This document shows positions 1 to 14,052 of a stretch of DNA of 64,000 nt, in pieces. Each line of letters starts with the position of its first letter. Positions within the stretch are counted from its first letter, which is position 1. Position numbers and translations under genes: made by a program. Source of the DNA: the human T2T-CHM13v2.0 reference genome, Homo sapiens; assembly GCF_009914755.1 (NCBI RefSeq), contig NC_060942.1; one strand, 5' to 3'. Under the pieces are notes generated by a model that saw nothing but the letters and a program-made list of their open reading frames with translations, was not told the DNA's origin and ran no database searches.

Positions 1-1161
1 TTCAAGTCAAAAGTTGAACACTCCCTTTCATAGAGCAGTCCTGAAACACTCCTTTTGTAGTATCTGGAACTGGACTTTTGGAGCGCTTTCAGGGCTAAGG
101 TGAAAAAGGAAATATCTTCCCATAAAAACTGGACAGAAGCATTCTCAGAAACTTGTTTATGCTGTATCTACTCTACTAAAAAAGTTGAACCTTTCTTTTG
201 ATAGAGCAGTTTTGAAATGCTCTTTTTGTGGAATCTGCAAGTGGATATTTGGCTAGATTTGAGGATTTCGTTGGAAGCTGGAATACATACAAATTGCAGA
301 CTGCAGCGTTCTGAGAAACATCTTTGTGATGTTTGTATTCAGGACACAGAGTTGAACATTCCCTATCATAGAGCAGGTTGGAATCACTCCTTTTGTAGTA
401 TCTGGAAGTGGACATTTGGAGCGCTTTCAGGCCTATGTTGAAAAAGGAAATATCTTCCCATAACAACTAGACACAAGCATTCTCAGAAACTTGTTTGTGA
501 TGTGTGCCCTCTACTGACAGAGTTGAACCTTTCTTTTCATAGAGCAGTTTTGAAACACTCTTTTTGTAGAATCTGCAAGAGGATATTTGCATAGCTTTGA
601 GGATTTCGTGGGAAACGGGATTGTCTTCAGGTAAAATCTAGACAGAAGCATTCTCAGAAACTTCTTTGGGATGTTTGCATTCAAGTCACAGAGTAGAACA
701 TTCCCTTTGGTAGAGCAGGTTTGAAACACTCTTTTTGTAGTATCTGGAAGTGGACATTTGGAGCGCTTTCAGGCCTATGTTGGAAAGGGAAATATCTTCC
801 CGTAACAACTAGGCAGAAGCATTCTCAGAAACTTATTTGAGATGTGTGTACTCAACTAAGAGAATTGAACCACCGTTTTGAAGGAGCAGTTTTGAAACAC
901 TCTTTTTCTGGAATCTGCAAGAGGATATTTGCCTAGCCTTGAGGATTTCGTTGGAAACGGGATTGTCTTCAGATCAAATCTAGACAGAAGCATTCTCAGA
1001 AACTTCTTTGGGATGTTTGCATTCAAGTCACAGAGTAGAACATTCCCTTTGGTAGAGCAGGTTTGAAACACTCTTTTTTTAGTATATGGAAGTGGACATT
1101 TGGAGCGCTTTCAGGCCTACGTTGGAAAAGGAAATATCTTCCCATAACAACTAGACAGAAG

Positions 1162-2521
1162 CATTCTCAGAAACTAGTTTCTGATGTGTGTCCTCAACTA
1201 ACACAGTTGAACATTTCTTTAGACAGAACAGTTTTGAAACACTCTTTTTGTGGTATCTGCAAGTGGCTATTTGGCTAGATTTGAGGATTTCGTTGGAAAC
1301 GGGATTACATATAAAAAGCAGACAGCAGCATTCTCAGAAACTTCTTTGTGATGATTGCATTCAAGTCACAGTATTGAACATTCCCTTTCACAGAGCAGGT
1401 TTGAAACACTCTTTGTATAGTGTGTGTAAGTGGACATTTGGAGCACTTTCCGGCCTAAGGTGAAAAAGGAAATATCTTCCCATAAAAACTAGACAGAAGC
1501 ATTCTCAGAAACTTACTCGTGATGTGTGTCCTCATCTAAAGAAGTAGAACCTTTCTTTTCATAGATAAGTTTTGAAACGCTCTTTTTGTGGAATCTGCAA
1601 GTGGATATTTGGCTAGTTTTGAGGATTTCGTTGGAAGCGGGAATTCATACAAATTGCAGACTGCAGTGTTCTGAGAAACATCTTTGTGATGTTTGTATTC
1701 AGGACAGAGAGTTGAACATTCCCTATCATAGAGCAGGTTGGAATCACTCCTTTTGTAGTATCTGGAAGTGGACATTTGGAGCGCTTTCAGGCCTATGTTG
1801 AAAAAGGAAATATCTTCCCATAACAACTAGACACAAGCATTCTCAGAAACTTGTTTGTGATGTGTGCCCTCTACTGACAGAGTTGAACCTTTCTTTTCAT
1901 AGAGCAGTTTTGAAACACTCTTTTTGTAGAATCTGCAAGAGGATATTTGCATAGCTTTGAGGATTACGTGGGAAACGGGATTGTCTTCAGGTAAAATCTA
2001 GACAGAAGCATTCTCAGAAACTTCTTTGGGATGTTTGCATTCAAGTCACAGAGTAGAACATTCCCTTTGGTAGAGTAGGTTTGAAACACTCTTTTTGTAG
2101 TATCTGGAAGTGGACATTTGGAGCGCTTTCAGGCCTATGTTGGAAAGGGAAATATCTTCCCGTAACAACTAGGCAGAAGCATTCTCAGAAACTTATTTGA
2201 GATGTGTGTACTCAACTAAGAGAATTGAACCACCGTTTTGAAGGAGCAGTTTTGAAACACTCTTTTTCTGGAATCTGCAAGAGGATATTTGCCTAGCCTT
2301 GAGGATTTCGTTGGAAACGGGATTGTCTTCAGATCAAATCTAGACAGAAGCATTCTCAGAAACTTCTTTGGGATGTTTGCATTCAAGTCACAGAGTAGAA
2401 CATTCCCTTTGGTAGAGCAGGTTTGAAACACTCTTTTTTTAGTATATGGAAGTGGACATTTGGAGCGCTTTCAGGCCTACGTTGGAAAAGGAAATATCTT
2501 CCCATAACAACTAGACAGAAG
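1162..2521 (+). repeat. 8-mer HOR variant, 1360 bp (D5/D1 fusion, D6 missing)
   Basis: The anchor CATTCTCAGAAACTAGTT occurs at 1162 and 2522. D5 (ACTTACTCGTGATG, 1500) runs directly into D2 (ACTTGTTTGTGATGTGTGCCCT, ~1838). 2035-675=1360. Confidence 0.92.
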
Positions 2522-5500
2522 CATTCTCAGAAACTAGTTTCTGATGTGTGTCCTCAACTAACACAGTTGAACATTTCTTTAGACAGAACAGTTTTGAAAC
2601 ACTCTTTTTGTGGAATCTGCAAGTGGCTATTTGGCTAGATTTGAGGATTTCGTTGGAAACGGGATTACATATAAAAAGCAGACAGCAGCATTCTCAGAAA
2701 GTTCTTTGTGATGATTGCATTCAAGTCACAGAATTGAACACTCCCTTTCACAGAGCAGGTTTGAAACACTCTTTTTGTAGTGTGTGTAAGTGGACATGTG
2801 GAGCACTTTCCGGCCTAAGGTGAAAAAGGAAATATCTTCCCATAAAAACTAGACAGAAGCACTCTCAGAAACTTACTCGTGATGTGTGTCCTCAACTAAA
2901 GGAGTAGAACCTTTCTTTTCATAGAGAAGTTTTGAAACGCTCTTTTTGTGGAATCTGCAAGTGGATATTTGGCTAGTTTTGAGGATTTCGTTGGAAGCGG
3001 GAATTCATACAAATTGCAGACTGCAGCGTTCTGAGAAACATCTTTGTGATGTTTGTATTCAGGACACAGAGTTGAACATTCCCTATCATAGAGCAGGTTT
3101 GAATCACTCCTTTTGTAGTATCTGGAAGTGGACATTTGGAGCGCTTTCAGGCCTATGTTGGAAAAGGAAATATCTTCCCATAACAACTAGACAGAAGCAT
3201 TCTCAGAAACTTATTTGAGATGTGTGTACTCAACTAAGAGAATTGAACCACCGTTTTGAAGGAGCAGTTTTGAAACACTCTTTTTCTGGAATCTGCAAGT
3301 GGATATTTGGCTAGCTTTGGGGATTTCGCTGGAAGCGGGAATACAGATAAAAAGCACACAGCAGCGTTCTGAGAAACTGCTTTCTGATGTTTGCATTCAA
3401 GTCAAAAGTTGAACACTCCCTTTCATAGTGCAGTCCTGAAACACTCCTTTTGTAGTATCTGGAACTGGACTTTTGGAGCGCTTTCAGGGCTAAGGTGAAA
3501 AAGGAAATATCTTCCCATAAAAACTGGACAGAAGCATTCTCAGAAACTTGCTTATGCTGTATCTACTCAACTAACAAAGTTGAACCTTTCTTTTGATAGA
3601 GCAGTTTTGAAATGCTCTTTTTGTGGAATCTGCAAGTGGATATTTGGCTAGTTTTGAGGATTTCGTTGGAAGCGGGAATTCATACAAATTGCAGACTGCA
3701 GCGTTCTGAGAAACATCTTTGTGATGTTTGTATTCAGGACACAGAGTTGAACATTCCCTATCATAGAGCAGGTTGGAATCACTCCTTTTGTAGTATCTGG
3801 AAGTGGACATTTGGAGCGCTTTCAGGCCTATGTTGAAAAAGGAAATATCTTCCCATAACAACTAGACACAAGCATTCTCAGAAACTTGTTTGTGATGTGT
3901 GCCCTCTACTGACAGAGTTGAACCTTTCTTTTCATAGAGCAGTTTTGAAACACTCTTTTTGTAGAATCTGCAAGAGGATATTTGCATAGCTTTGAGGATT
4001 TCGTGGGAAACGGGATTGTCTTCAGGTAAAATCTAGACAGAAGCATTCTCAGAAACTTCTTTGGGATGTTTGCATTCAAGTCACAGAGTAGAACATTCCC
4101 TTTGGTAGAGCAGGTTTGAAACACTCTTTTTGTAGTATCTGGAAGTGGACATTTGGAGCGCTTTCAGGCCTATGTTGGAAAGGGAAATATCTTCCCGTAA
4201 CAACTAGGCAGAAGCATTCTCAGAAACTTATTTGAGATGTGTGTACTCAACTAAGAGAATTGAACCACCGTTTTGAAGGAGCAGTTTTGAAACACTCTTT
4301 TTCTGGAATCTGCAAGAGGATATTTGCCTAGCCTTGAGGATTTCGTTGGAAACGGGATTGTCTTCAGATCAAATCTAGACAGAAGCATTCTCAGAAACTT
4401 CTTTGGGATGTTTGCATTCAAGTCACAGAGTAGAACATTCCCTTTGGTAGAGCAGGTTTGAAACACTCTTTTTTTAGTATATGGAAGTGGACATTTGGAG
4501 CGCTTTCAGGCCTACGTTGGAAAAGGAAATATCTTCCCATAACAACTAGACAGAAGCATTCTCAGAAACTAGTTTCTGATGTGTGTCCTCAACTAACACA
4601 GTTGAACATTTCTTTAGACAGAACAGTTTTGAAACTCTCTTTTTCTGGAATCTGCAAGTGGCTATTTGGCTAGATTTGAGGATTTCGTTGGAAACGGGAT
4701 TACATATAAAAAGCAGACAGCAGCATTCTCAGAAAGTTCTTTGTGATGATTGCATTCAAGTCACAGAATTGAACATTCCCTTTCACAGAGCAGGTTTGAA
4801 ACACTCTTTTTATAGTGTGTGTAAGTGGACATTTGGAGCACTTTCCGGCCTAAGGTGAAAAAGGAAATATCTTCCCATAAAAACTAGACAGAAGCATTCT
4901 CAGAAACTTACTCGTGATGTGTGTCCTCAACTAAAGGAGTAGAACCTTTGTTTTCATAGAGAAGTTTTGAAACGCTCTTTTTGTGGAATCTGCAAGTGGA
5001 TATTTGGCTAGTTTGGAGGATTTCGTTGGAAGCGGGAATTCATACAAATTGCAGACTGCAGCGTTCTGAGAAACATCTTTGTGATGTTTGTATTCAGGAC
5101 ACAGAGTTGAACATTCCCTATCATAGAGCAGGTTTGAATCACTCCTTTTGTAGTATCTGGAAGTGGACATTTGGAGCGCTTTCAGGCCTATGTTGGAAAA
5201 GGAAATATCTTCCCATAACCACTAGACAGAAGCATTCTCAGAAACTTATTTGAGATGTGTGTACTCAACTAAGAGAATTGAACCACCGTTTTGAAGGAGC
5301 AGTTTTGAAACACTCTTTTTCTGGAATCTGCAAGTGGATATTTGGCTAGCTTTGGGGATTTCGCTGGAAGCGGGAATACATGTAAAAAGCACACAGCAGC
5401 GTTCTGAGAAACTGCTTTCTGATGTTTGCATTCAAGTCAAAAGTTGAACACTCCCTTTCATAGAGCAGTCCTGAAACACTCCTTTTGTAGTATCTGGAAC

Positions 5501-6591
5501 TGGACTTTTGGAGCGCTTTCAGGGCTAAGGTGAAAAAGGAAATATCTTCCCATAAAAACTGGACAGAAGCATTCTCAGAAACTTGTTTATGCTGTATCTA
5601 CTCAACTAACAAAGTTGAACCTTTCTTTTGATAGAGCAGTTTTGAAATGCTCTTTTTGTGGAATCTGCAAGTGGATATTTGGCTAGTTTGGAGGATTTCG
5701 TTGGAAGCGGGAATTCATACAAATTGCAGACTGCAGCGTTCTGAGAAACATCTTTGTGATGTTTGTATTCAGGACAGAGAGTTGAACATTCCCTATCATA
5801 GAGCAGGTTGGAATCACTCCTTTTGTAGTATCTGGAAGTGGACATTTGGAGCGCTTTCAGGCCTATGTTGAAAAAGGAAATATCTTCCCATAACAACTAG
5901 ACACAAGCATTCTCAGAAACTTGTTTGTGATGTGTGCCCTCTACTGACAGAGTTGAACCTTTCTTTTCATAGAGCAGTTTTGAAACACTCTTTTTGTAGA
6001 ATCTGCAAGAGGATATTTGCATAGCTTTGAGGATTTCGTGGGAAACGGGATTGTCTTCAGGTAAAATCTAGACAGAAGCATTCTCAGAAACTTCTTTGGG
6101 ATGTTTGCATTCAAGTCACAGAGTAGAACATTCCCTTTGGTAGAGCAGGTTTGAAACACTCTTTTTGTAGTATCTGGAAGTGGACATTTGGAGCGCTTTC
6201 AGGCCTATGTTGGAAAGGGAAATATCTTCCCGTAACAACTAGGCAGAAGCATTCTCAGAAACTTATTTGAGATGTGTGTACTCAACTAAGAGAATTGAAC
6301 CACCGTTTTGAAGGAGCAGTTTTGAAACACTGTTTTTCTGGAATCTGCAAGAGGATATTTGCCTAGCCTTGAGGATTTCGTTGGAAACGGGATTGTCTTC
6401 AGATCAAATCTAGACAGAAGCATTCTCAGAAACTTCTTTGGGATGTTTGCATTCAAGTCACAGAGTAGAACATTCCCTTTGGTAGAGCAGGTTTGAAACA
6501 CTCTTTTTTTAGTATATGGAAGTGGACATTTGGAGCGCATTCAGGCCTACGTTGGAAAAGGAAATATCTTCCCATAACAACTAGACAGAAG
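2522..6591 (+). repeat. Two full 12-mer HORs (2035 bp each), left-layer haplotype
   Basis: Anchors at 2522, 4557 and 6592. All six dimers are present in the order D4-D5-D6-D1-D2-D3. Confidence 0.92.
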
Positions 6592-7612
6592 CATTCTCAG
6601 AAACTAGTTTCTGATGTGTGTCCTCAACTAACACAGTTGCACATTTCTTTAGACAGAACAGTTTTGAAACACTCTTTTTGTGGAATCTGCAAGTGGCTAT
6701 TTGGCTAGATTTGAGGATTTCGTTGGAAACGGGATTACATATAAAAAGAAGTCAGCAGCATTCTCAGAAAGTTCTTTGTGATGATTGCATTCAAGTCACA
6801 GAATTGAACATTCCCTTTCACAGAGCAGGTTTGAAATACTCTTTTTTAGTGTGTGTAATTGGACATTTGGAGCACTTTCCGGCCTAAGGTGGAAAAGGAA
6901 ATATCTTCCTATAAAAACTAGACAGAAGCATTCTCAGAAACTTACTCGTGATGTGTGTCCTCCACTAAATGAGTAGAACCTTTCTTTTCATAGAGAAGAT
7001 TTGAAACGCTCTTTTTGTAGAATCTGCAAGAGGATATTTGCATAGCTTTGAGGATTTCGTGGGAAACGGGATTGTCTTCAGGTAAAATCTAGACAGAAGC
7101 ATTCTCAGAAACTTCTTTGGGATGTTTGCATTCAAGTCACAGAGTAGAACATTCCCTTTGGTAGAGCAGGTTTGAAACACTCTTTTTGTAGTATCTGGAA
7201 GTGGACATTTGGAGCGCTTTCAGGCCTATGTTGGAAAGGGAAATATCTTCCCGTAACAACTAGGCAGAAGCATTCTCAGAAACTTATTTGAGATGTGTGT
7301 ACTCAACTAAGAGAATTGAATCACCGTTTTGAAGGAGCAGTTTTGAAACACTCTTTTTCTGGAATCTGCAAGAGTATATTTGCCTAGCCTTGAGGATTTC
7401 GTTGGAAAAGGGATTGTCTTTAGATCAAATCTAGACAGAAGCATTCTCAGAAACTTCTTTGGGATGTTTGCATTCAAGTCACAGAGTAGAACATTCCCTT
7501 TGGTACAGCAGGTTTGAAACACTCTTTTTTTAGTATATGGAAGTGGACATTTGGAGCGCTTTCAGGCCTACGTTGGAAAAGGAAATATCTTCCCATAACA
7601 ACTAGACAGAAG
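6592..7612 (+). repeat. 6-mer HOR variant, 1021 bp, with a hybrid D5/D2 B-monomer
   Basis: The monomer at ~6929 begins as D5 (CTTACTCGTG...GAAACGCTC) and continues as D2 (TGTAGAATCTGCAAGAGGATATTTGCATAGC) from ~7019. 338+342+342 minus a 1-bp deletion near 6847 gives 1021. Confidence 0.88.
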
Positions 7613-8625
7613 CATTCTCAGAAACTAGTTTCTGATGTGTGTCCTCAACTAACACAGTTGAACATTTCTTTAGACAGAACAGTTTTGAAACACTCTTTTT
7701 GTGGAATCTGCAAGTGGCTATTTGGCAAGATTTGAGGATTTCGTTGGAAACGGGATTACATATAAAAAGCAGACAGCAGCATTCTCAGAAAGTTCTTTGT
7801 GATGATTGCATTCAAATCACAGAATTGAACATTCCCTTTCACAGAGGAGGTTTGAAACACTCTTTTTGTAGTGTGTGTAAGTGGACATTTGGAGCGCTTT
7901 CCGGCCTAAGGTGAAAAAGGAAATATCTTCCCATAAAAACTAGACAGAAGCATTCTCAGAAACTTACTCGTGATGTGTGTCCTCAACTAAAGGAGTAGAA
8001 CCTTTCTATTCATAGAGAAGTTTTGAAACGCTCTTTTTGTGGAATCTGCAAGTGGATATTTGGCTAGTTTTGAGGATTTCGTTGGAAGCGGGAATTCATA
8101 CAAATTGCAGACTGCAGCGTTCTGAGAAACATCTTTGTGATGTTTGTATTCAGGACACAGAGATGAACATTCCCTATCATAGAGCAGGTTGGAATCACTC
8201 CTTTTGTAGTATCTGGGACATTTGGAGCGCTTTCAGGCCTATGTTGAAAAACGAAATATCTTCCCATAACAACTAGACACAAGCATTCTCAGAAACTTGT
8301 TTGTGATGTGTGCCCTCTACTGACAGAGTTGAACCTTTCTTTTCATAGAGCAGTTTTGAAACACTCTTTTTGTAGAATCTGCAAGACGATATTTGCATAG
8401 CTTTGAGGATTTCGTGGGAAACCGGATTGTCTTCAGGTAAAATCTAGACAGAAGCATTCTCAGAAACTTCTTTGGGATGTTTGCATTCAAGTCACAGAGT
8501 AGAACATTCCCTTTGGTAGAGCAGGTTTGAAACACTCTTTTTTTAGTATATGGAAGTGGACATTTGGAGCGCTTTCAGGCCTACGTTGGAAAAGGAAATA
8601 TCTTCCCATAACAACTAGACAGAAG
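7613..8625 (+). repeat. 6-mer HOR variant, 1013 bp (D5/D1 fusion + D2/D3 fusion + 5-bp deletion)
   Basis: Anchors at 7613 and 8626. 2035-675-342-5=1013. ATCTGGGACATT at 8211 replaces ATCTGGAAGTGGACATT. Confidence 0.9.
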
Positions 8626-9984
8626 CATTCTCAGAAACTAGTTTCTGATATGTGTCCTCAACTAACACAGTTGAACATTTCTTTAGACAGAACAGTTTTG
8701 AAACACTCTTTTTGTGGTATCTGCAAGTGGCTATTTGGCTAGATTTGAGGATTTCGTTGGAAACGGGATTACATATAAAAAGCAGACAGCAGCATTCTCA
8801 GAAACTTCTTTGTGATGATTGCATTCAAGTCACAGTATTGAACATTCCCTTTCACAGAGCAGGTTTGAAACACTCTTTGTATAGTGTGTGTAAGTGGACA
8901 TTTGGAGCACTTTCCGGCCTAAGGTGAAAAAGGAAATATCTTCCCATAAAAACTAGACAGAAGCATTCTCAGAAACTTACTCGTGATGTGTGTCCTCAAC
9001 TAAAGAAGTAGAACCTTCCTTTTCATAGATAAGTTTCGAAACGCTCTTTTTGTGGAATCTGCAAGTGGATATTTGGCTAGTTTTGAGGATTTCGTTGGAA
9101 GCGGGAATTCATACAAATTGCAGACTGCAGCGTTCTGAGAAACATCTTTGTGATGTTTGTATTCAGGACACAGAGTTGAACATTCCCTATCATAGAGCAG
9201 GTTGGAATCACTCCTTTGTAGTATCTGGAAGTGGACATTTGGAGCGCTTTCAGGCCTATGTTGAAAAAGGAAATATCTTCCCATAACAACTAGACACAAG
9301 CATTCTCAGAAACTTGTTTGTGATGTGTGCCCTCTACTGACAGAGTTGAACCTTTCTTTTCATAGAGCAGTTTTGAAACACTCTTTTTGTAGAATCTGCA
9401 AGAGGATATTTGCATAGCTTTGAGGATTTCGTGGGAAACGGGATTGTCTTCAGGTAAAATCTAGACAGAAGCATTCTCAGAAACTTCTTTGGGATGTTTG
9501 CATTCAAGTCACAGAGTAGAACATTCCCTTTGGTAGAGCAGGTTTGAAACACTCTTTTTGTAGTATCTGGAAGTGGACATTTGGAGCGCTTTCAGGCCTA
9601 TGTTGGAAAGGGAAATATCTTCCCGTAACAACTAGGCAGAAGCATTCTCAGAAACTTATTTGAGATGTGTGTACTCAACTAAGAGAATTGAACCACCGTT
9701 TTGAAGGAGCAGTTTTGAAACACTCTTTTTCTGGAATCTGCAAGAGGATATTTGCCTAGCCTTGAGGATTTCGTTGGAAACGGGATTGTCTTCAGATCAA
9801 ATCTAGACAGAAGCATTCTCAGAAACTTCTTTGGGATGTTTGCATTCAAGTCACAGAGTAGAACATTCCCTTTGGTAGAGCAGGTTTGAAACACTCTTTT
9901 TTTAGTATATGGAAGTGGACATTTGGAGCGCTTTCAGGCCTACGTTGGAAAAGGAAATATCTTCCCATAACAACTAGACAGAAG
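8626..9984 (+). repeat. 8-mer HOR variant, 1359 bp
   Basis: Same D5/D1 fusion as 1162-2521, plus loss of one T at ~9215 (CTCCTTTGTA). Confidence 0.9.
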
Positions 9985-12900
9985 CATTCTCAGAAACTAG
10001 TTTCTGATGTGTGTCCTCAACTAACACAGTTGAACATTTCTTTAGACAGAACAGTTTTGAAACTCTCTTTTTGTGGAATCTGCAAGTGGCTATTTGGCTA
10101 GATTTGAGGATTTCGTTGGAAACGGGATTACATATAAAAAGCAGACAGCAGCATTCTCAGAAAGTTCTTTGTGATGATTGCATTCAAGTCACAGAATTGA
10201 ACATTCCCTTTCACAGAGCAGGTTTGAAACACTCTTTTTATAGTGTGTGTAAGTGGACATTTGGAGCACTTTCCGGCCTAAGGTGAAAAAGGAAATATCT
10301 TCCCATAAAAACTAGACAGAAGCATTCTCAGAAACTTACTCGTGATGTGTGTCCTCAACTAAAGGAGTAGAACCTTTGTTTTCATAGAGAAGTTTTGAAA
10401 CGCTCTTTTTGTGGAATCTGCAAGTGGATATTTGGCTAGTTTGGAGGATTTCGTTGGAAGCGGGAATTCATACAAATTGCAGACTGCAGCGTTCTGAGAA
10501 ACATCTTTGTGATGTTTGTATTCAGGACACAGAGTTGAACATTCCCTATCATAGAGCAGGTTGGAATCACTCCTTTTGTAGTATCTGGAAGTGGACATTT
10601 GGAGCGCTTTCAGGCCTATGTTGGAAAAGGAAATATCTTCCCATAACAACTAGACAGAAGCATTCTCAGAAACTTATTTGAGATGTGTGTACTCAACTAA
10701 GAGAATTGAACCACCGTTTTGAAGGAGCAGTTTTGAAACACTCTTTTTCTGGAATCTGCAAGTGGATATTTGGCTAGCTTTGGGGATTTCGCTGGAGGCG
10801 GGAATACATATAAAAAGCACACAGCAGCGTTCTGAGAAACTGCTTTCTGATGTTTGCATTCAAGTCAAAAGTTGAACACTCCCTTTCATAGAGCAGTCCT
10901 GAAACACTCCTTTTGTAGTATCTGGAACTGGACTTTTGGAGCGCTTTCAGGGCTAAGGTGAAAAAGGAAATATCTTCCCATAAAAACTGGACAGAAGCAT
11001 TCTCAGAAACTTGTTTATGCTGTATCTACTCAACTAACAAAGTTGAACCTTTCTTTTGATAGAGCAGTTTTGAAATGCTCTTTTTGTGGAATCTGCAAGT
11101 GGATATTTGGCTAGTTTTGAGGATTTCGTTGGAAGCGGGAATTCATACAAATTGCAGACTGCAGCGTTCTGAGAAACATCTTTGTGATGTTTGTATTCAG
11201 GACAGAGAGTTGAACATTCCCTATCATAGAGCAGGTTGGAATCACTCCTTTTGTAGTATCTGGAAGTGGACATTTGGAGCGCTTTCTGGCCTATGTTGAA
11301 AAAGGAAATATCTTCCCATAACAACTAGACACAAGCATTCTCAGAAACTTGTTTGTGATGTGTGCCCTCTACTGACAGAGTTGAACCTTTCTTTTCATAG
11401 AGCAGTTTTGAAACACTCTTTTTGTAGAATCTGCAAGAGGATATTTGCATAGCTTTGAGGATTTCGTGGGAAACGGGATTGTCTTCAGGTAAAATCTAGA
11501 CAGAAGCATTCTCAGAAACTTCTTTGGGATGTTTGCATTCAAGTCACAGAGTAGAACATTCCCTTTGGTAGAGCAGGTTTGAAACACTCTTTTTGTAGTA
11601 TCTGGAAGTGGACATTTGGAGCGCTTTCAGGCCTATGTTGGAAAGGGAAATATCTTCCCGTAACAACTAGGCAGAAGCATTCTCAGAAACTTATTTGAGA
11701 TGTGTGTCCTCAACTAAGAGAATTGAATCACCGTTTTGAAGGAGCAGTTTTGAAACACTCTTTTTCTGGAATCTGCAAGAGGATATTTGCCTAGCTTTGA
11801 GGATTTCGTTGGAAACGGGATTGTGTTCAGATCAAATCTAGACAGAAGCATTCTCAGAAACTTCTTTGGGATGTTTGCATTCAAGTCACAGAGTAGAACA
11901 TTCCCTTTGGTAGAGCAGGTGTGAAACACTCTTTTTTTAGTATATGGAAGTGGACATTTGGAGCGCTTTCAGGCCTACGTTGGAAAAGGAAATATCTTCC
12001 CATAACAACTAGACAGAAGCATTCTCAGAAACTAGTTTCTGATGTGTGTCCTCAACTAACACAGTTGAACATTTCTTTAGACAGAACAGTTTTGAAACAC
12101 TCTTTTTGTGGAATCTGCAAGTGGCTATTTGGCTAGATTTGAGGATTTCGTTGGAAACGGGATTACATATAAAAAGCAGACAGCAGCATTCTCAGAAAGT
12201 TCTTTGTGATGATTGCATTCAAGTCACAGAATTGAACATTCCCTTTCACAGAGCAGGTTTGAAACACTTTTTTGTAGTGTGTGTAAGTGGACATTTGGAG
12301 CACTTTCCGGCCTAAGGTGAGAAAGGAAATATCTTCCCATAAAAACTAGACAGAAGCATTCTCAGAAACTTACTCGTGATGTGTGTCCTCAACTAAAGGA
12401 GTAGAACCTTTCTTTCATAGAGAAGTTTTGAAACGCTCTTTTTGTGGAATCTGCAAGTGGATATTTGGCTAGTTTGGAGGATTTCGTTGGAAGCGGGAAT
12501 TCATACAAATTGCAGACTGCAGCGTTCTGAGAAACATCTTTGTGATGTTTGTATTCAGGACACAGAGTTGAACATTCCCTATCATAGAGCAGGTTTGAAT
12601 CACTCCTTTTGTAGTATCTGGAAGTGGACATTTGGAGCGCTTTCAGGCCTATGTTGGAAAAGGAAATATCTTCCCATAACAACTAGACAGAAGCATTCTC
12701 AGAAACTTATTTGAGATGTGTGTACTCAACTAAGAGAATTGAACCACCGTTTTGAAGGAGCAGTTTTGAAACACTCTTTTTCTGGAATCTGCAAGTGGAT
12801 ATTTGGCTAGCTTTGGGGATTTCGCTGGAAGCGGGAATACATATAAAAAGCACACAGCAGCGTTCTGAGAAACTGCTTTCTGATGTTTGCATTCAAGTCA

Positions 12901-14052
12901 AAAGTTGAACACTCCCTTTCATAGAGCAGTCCTGAAACACTCCTTTTGTAGTATCTGGAACTGGACTTTTGGAGCGCTTTCAGGGCTAAGGTGAAAAAGG
13001 AAATATCTTCCCATAAAAACTGGACAGAAGCATTCTCAGAAACTTGTTTATGCTGTATCTACTCAACTAACAAAGTTGAACCTTTCTTTTGATAGAGCAG
13101 TTTTGAAATGCTCTTTTTGTGGAATCTGCAAGTGGATATTTGGCTAGTTTTGAGGATTTCGTTGGAAGCTGGAATTCATACAAATTGCAGACTGCAGCGT
13201 TCTGAGAAACATCTTTGTGATGTTTGTATTCAGGACAGAGAGTTGAACATTCCCTATCATAGAGCAGGTTGGAATCACTCCTTTTGTAGTATCTGGAAGT
13301 GGACATTTGGAGCGCTTTCAGGCCTATGTTGAAAAAGGAAATATCTTCCCATAACAACTAGACACAAGCATTCCCAGAAACTTGTTTGTGATGTGTGCCC
13401 TCTACTGACAGATTTGAACCTTTCTTTTCATAGAGCAGTTTTGAAACACTCTTTTTGTAGAATCTGCAAGAGGATATTTGCATAGCTTTGAGGATTTCGT
13501 GGGAAACGGGATTGTCTTCAGGTAAAATCTGGACAGAAGCATTCTCAGAAACTTCTTTGGGATGTTTGCATTCAAGTCACAGAGTAGAACATTCCCTTTG
13601 GTAGAGCAGGTTTGAAACACTCTTTTTGTAGTATCTGGAAGTGGACATTTGGAGCGCTTTCAGGCCTATGTTGGAAAGGGAAATATCTTCCCGTAACAAC
13701 TAGGCAGAAGCATTCTCAGAAACGTATTTGAGATGTGTGTACTCAACTAAGAGAATTGAACCACCGTTTTGAAGGAGCAGTTTTGAAACACTCTTTTTCT
13801 GGAATCTGCAAGAGGATATTTGCCTAGCCTTGAGGATTTCGTTGGAAACGGGATTTTCTTCAGATAAAATCTAGACAGAAGCATTCTCAGAAACTTCTTT
13901 GGGATGTTTGCATTCAAGTCACAGAGTAGAACATTCCCTTTGGTAGAGCAGGTTTGAAACACTCTTTTTTTAGTATATGGAAGTGGACATTTGGAGCGCT
14001 TTCAGGCCTACGTTGGAAAAGGAAATATCTTCCCATAACAACTAGACAGAAG
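9985..14052 (+). repeat. Two 12-mer HORs (2035 and 2033 bp), left-layer haplotype
   Basis: Anchors at 9985, 12020 and 14053. The second unit has single-base deletions at ~12268 and ~12413. Confidence 0.9.

Noticed and set aside
295-318. Short dyads TGCAG-A-CTGCA and TTCT-G/C-AGAA as potential cruciform or hairpin signals
   Set aside because: The stems are only 4-5 bp with 1-nt loops and are ordinary parts of alphoid monomers. Nothing supports a structure.
10787-10803. Variant CENP-B box TTTCGCTGGAGGCGGGA (and TTTCGTAGGAAACGGGA at 28411)
   Set aside because: The changes fall at non-core positions, so these are not counted as disrupted.
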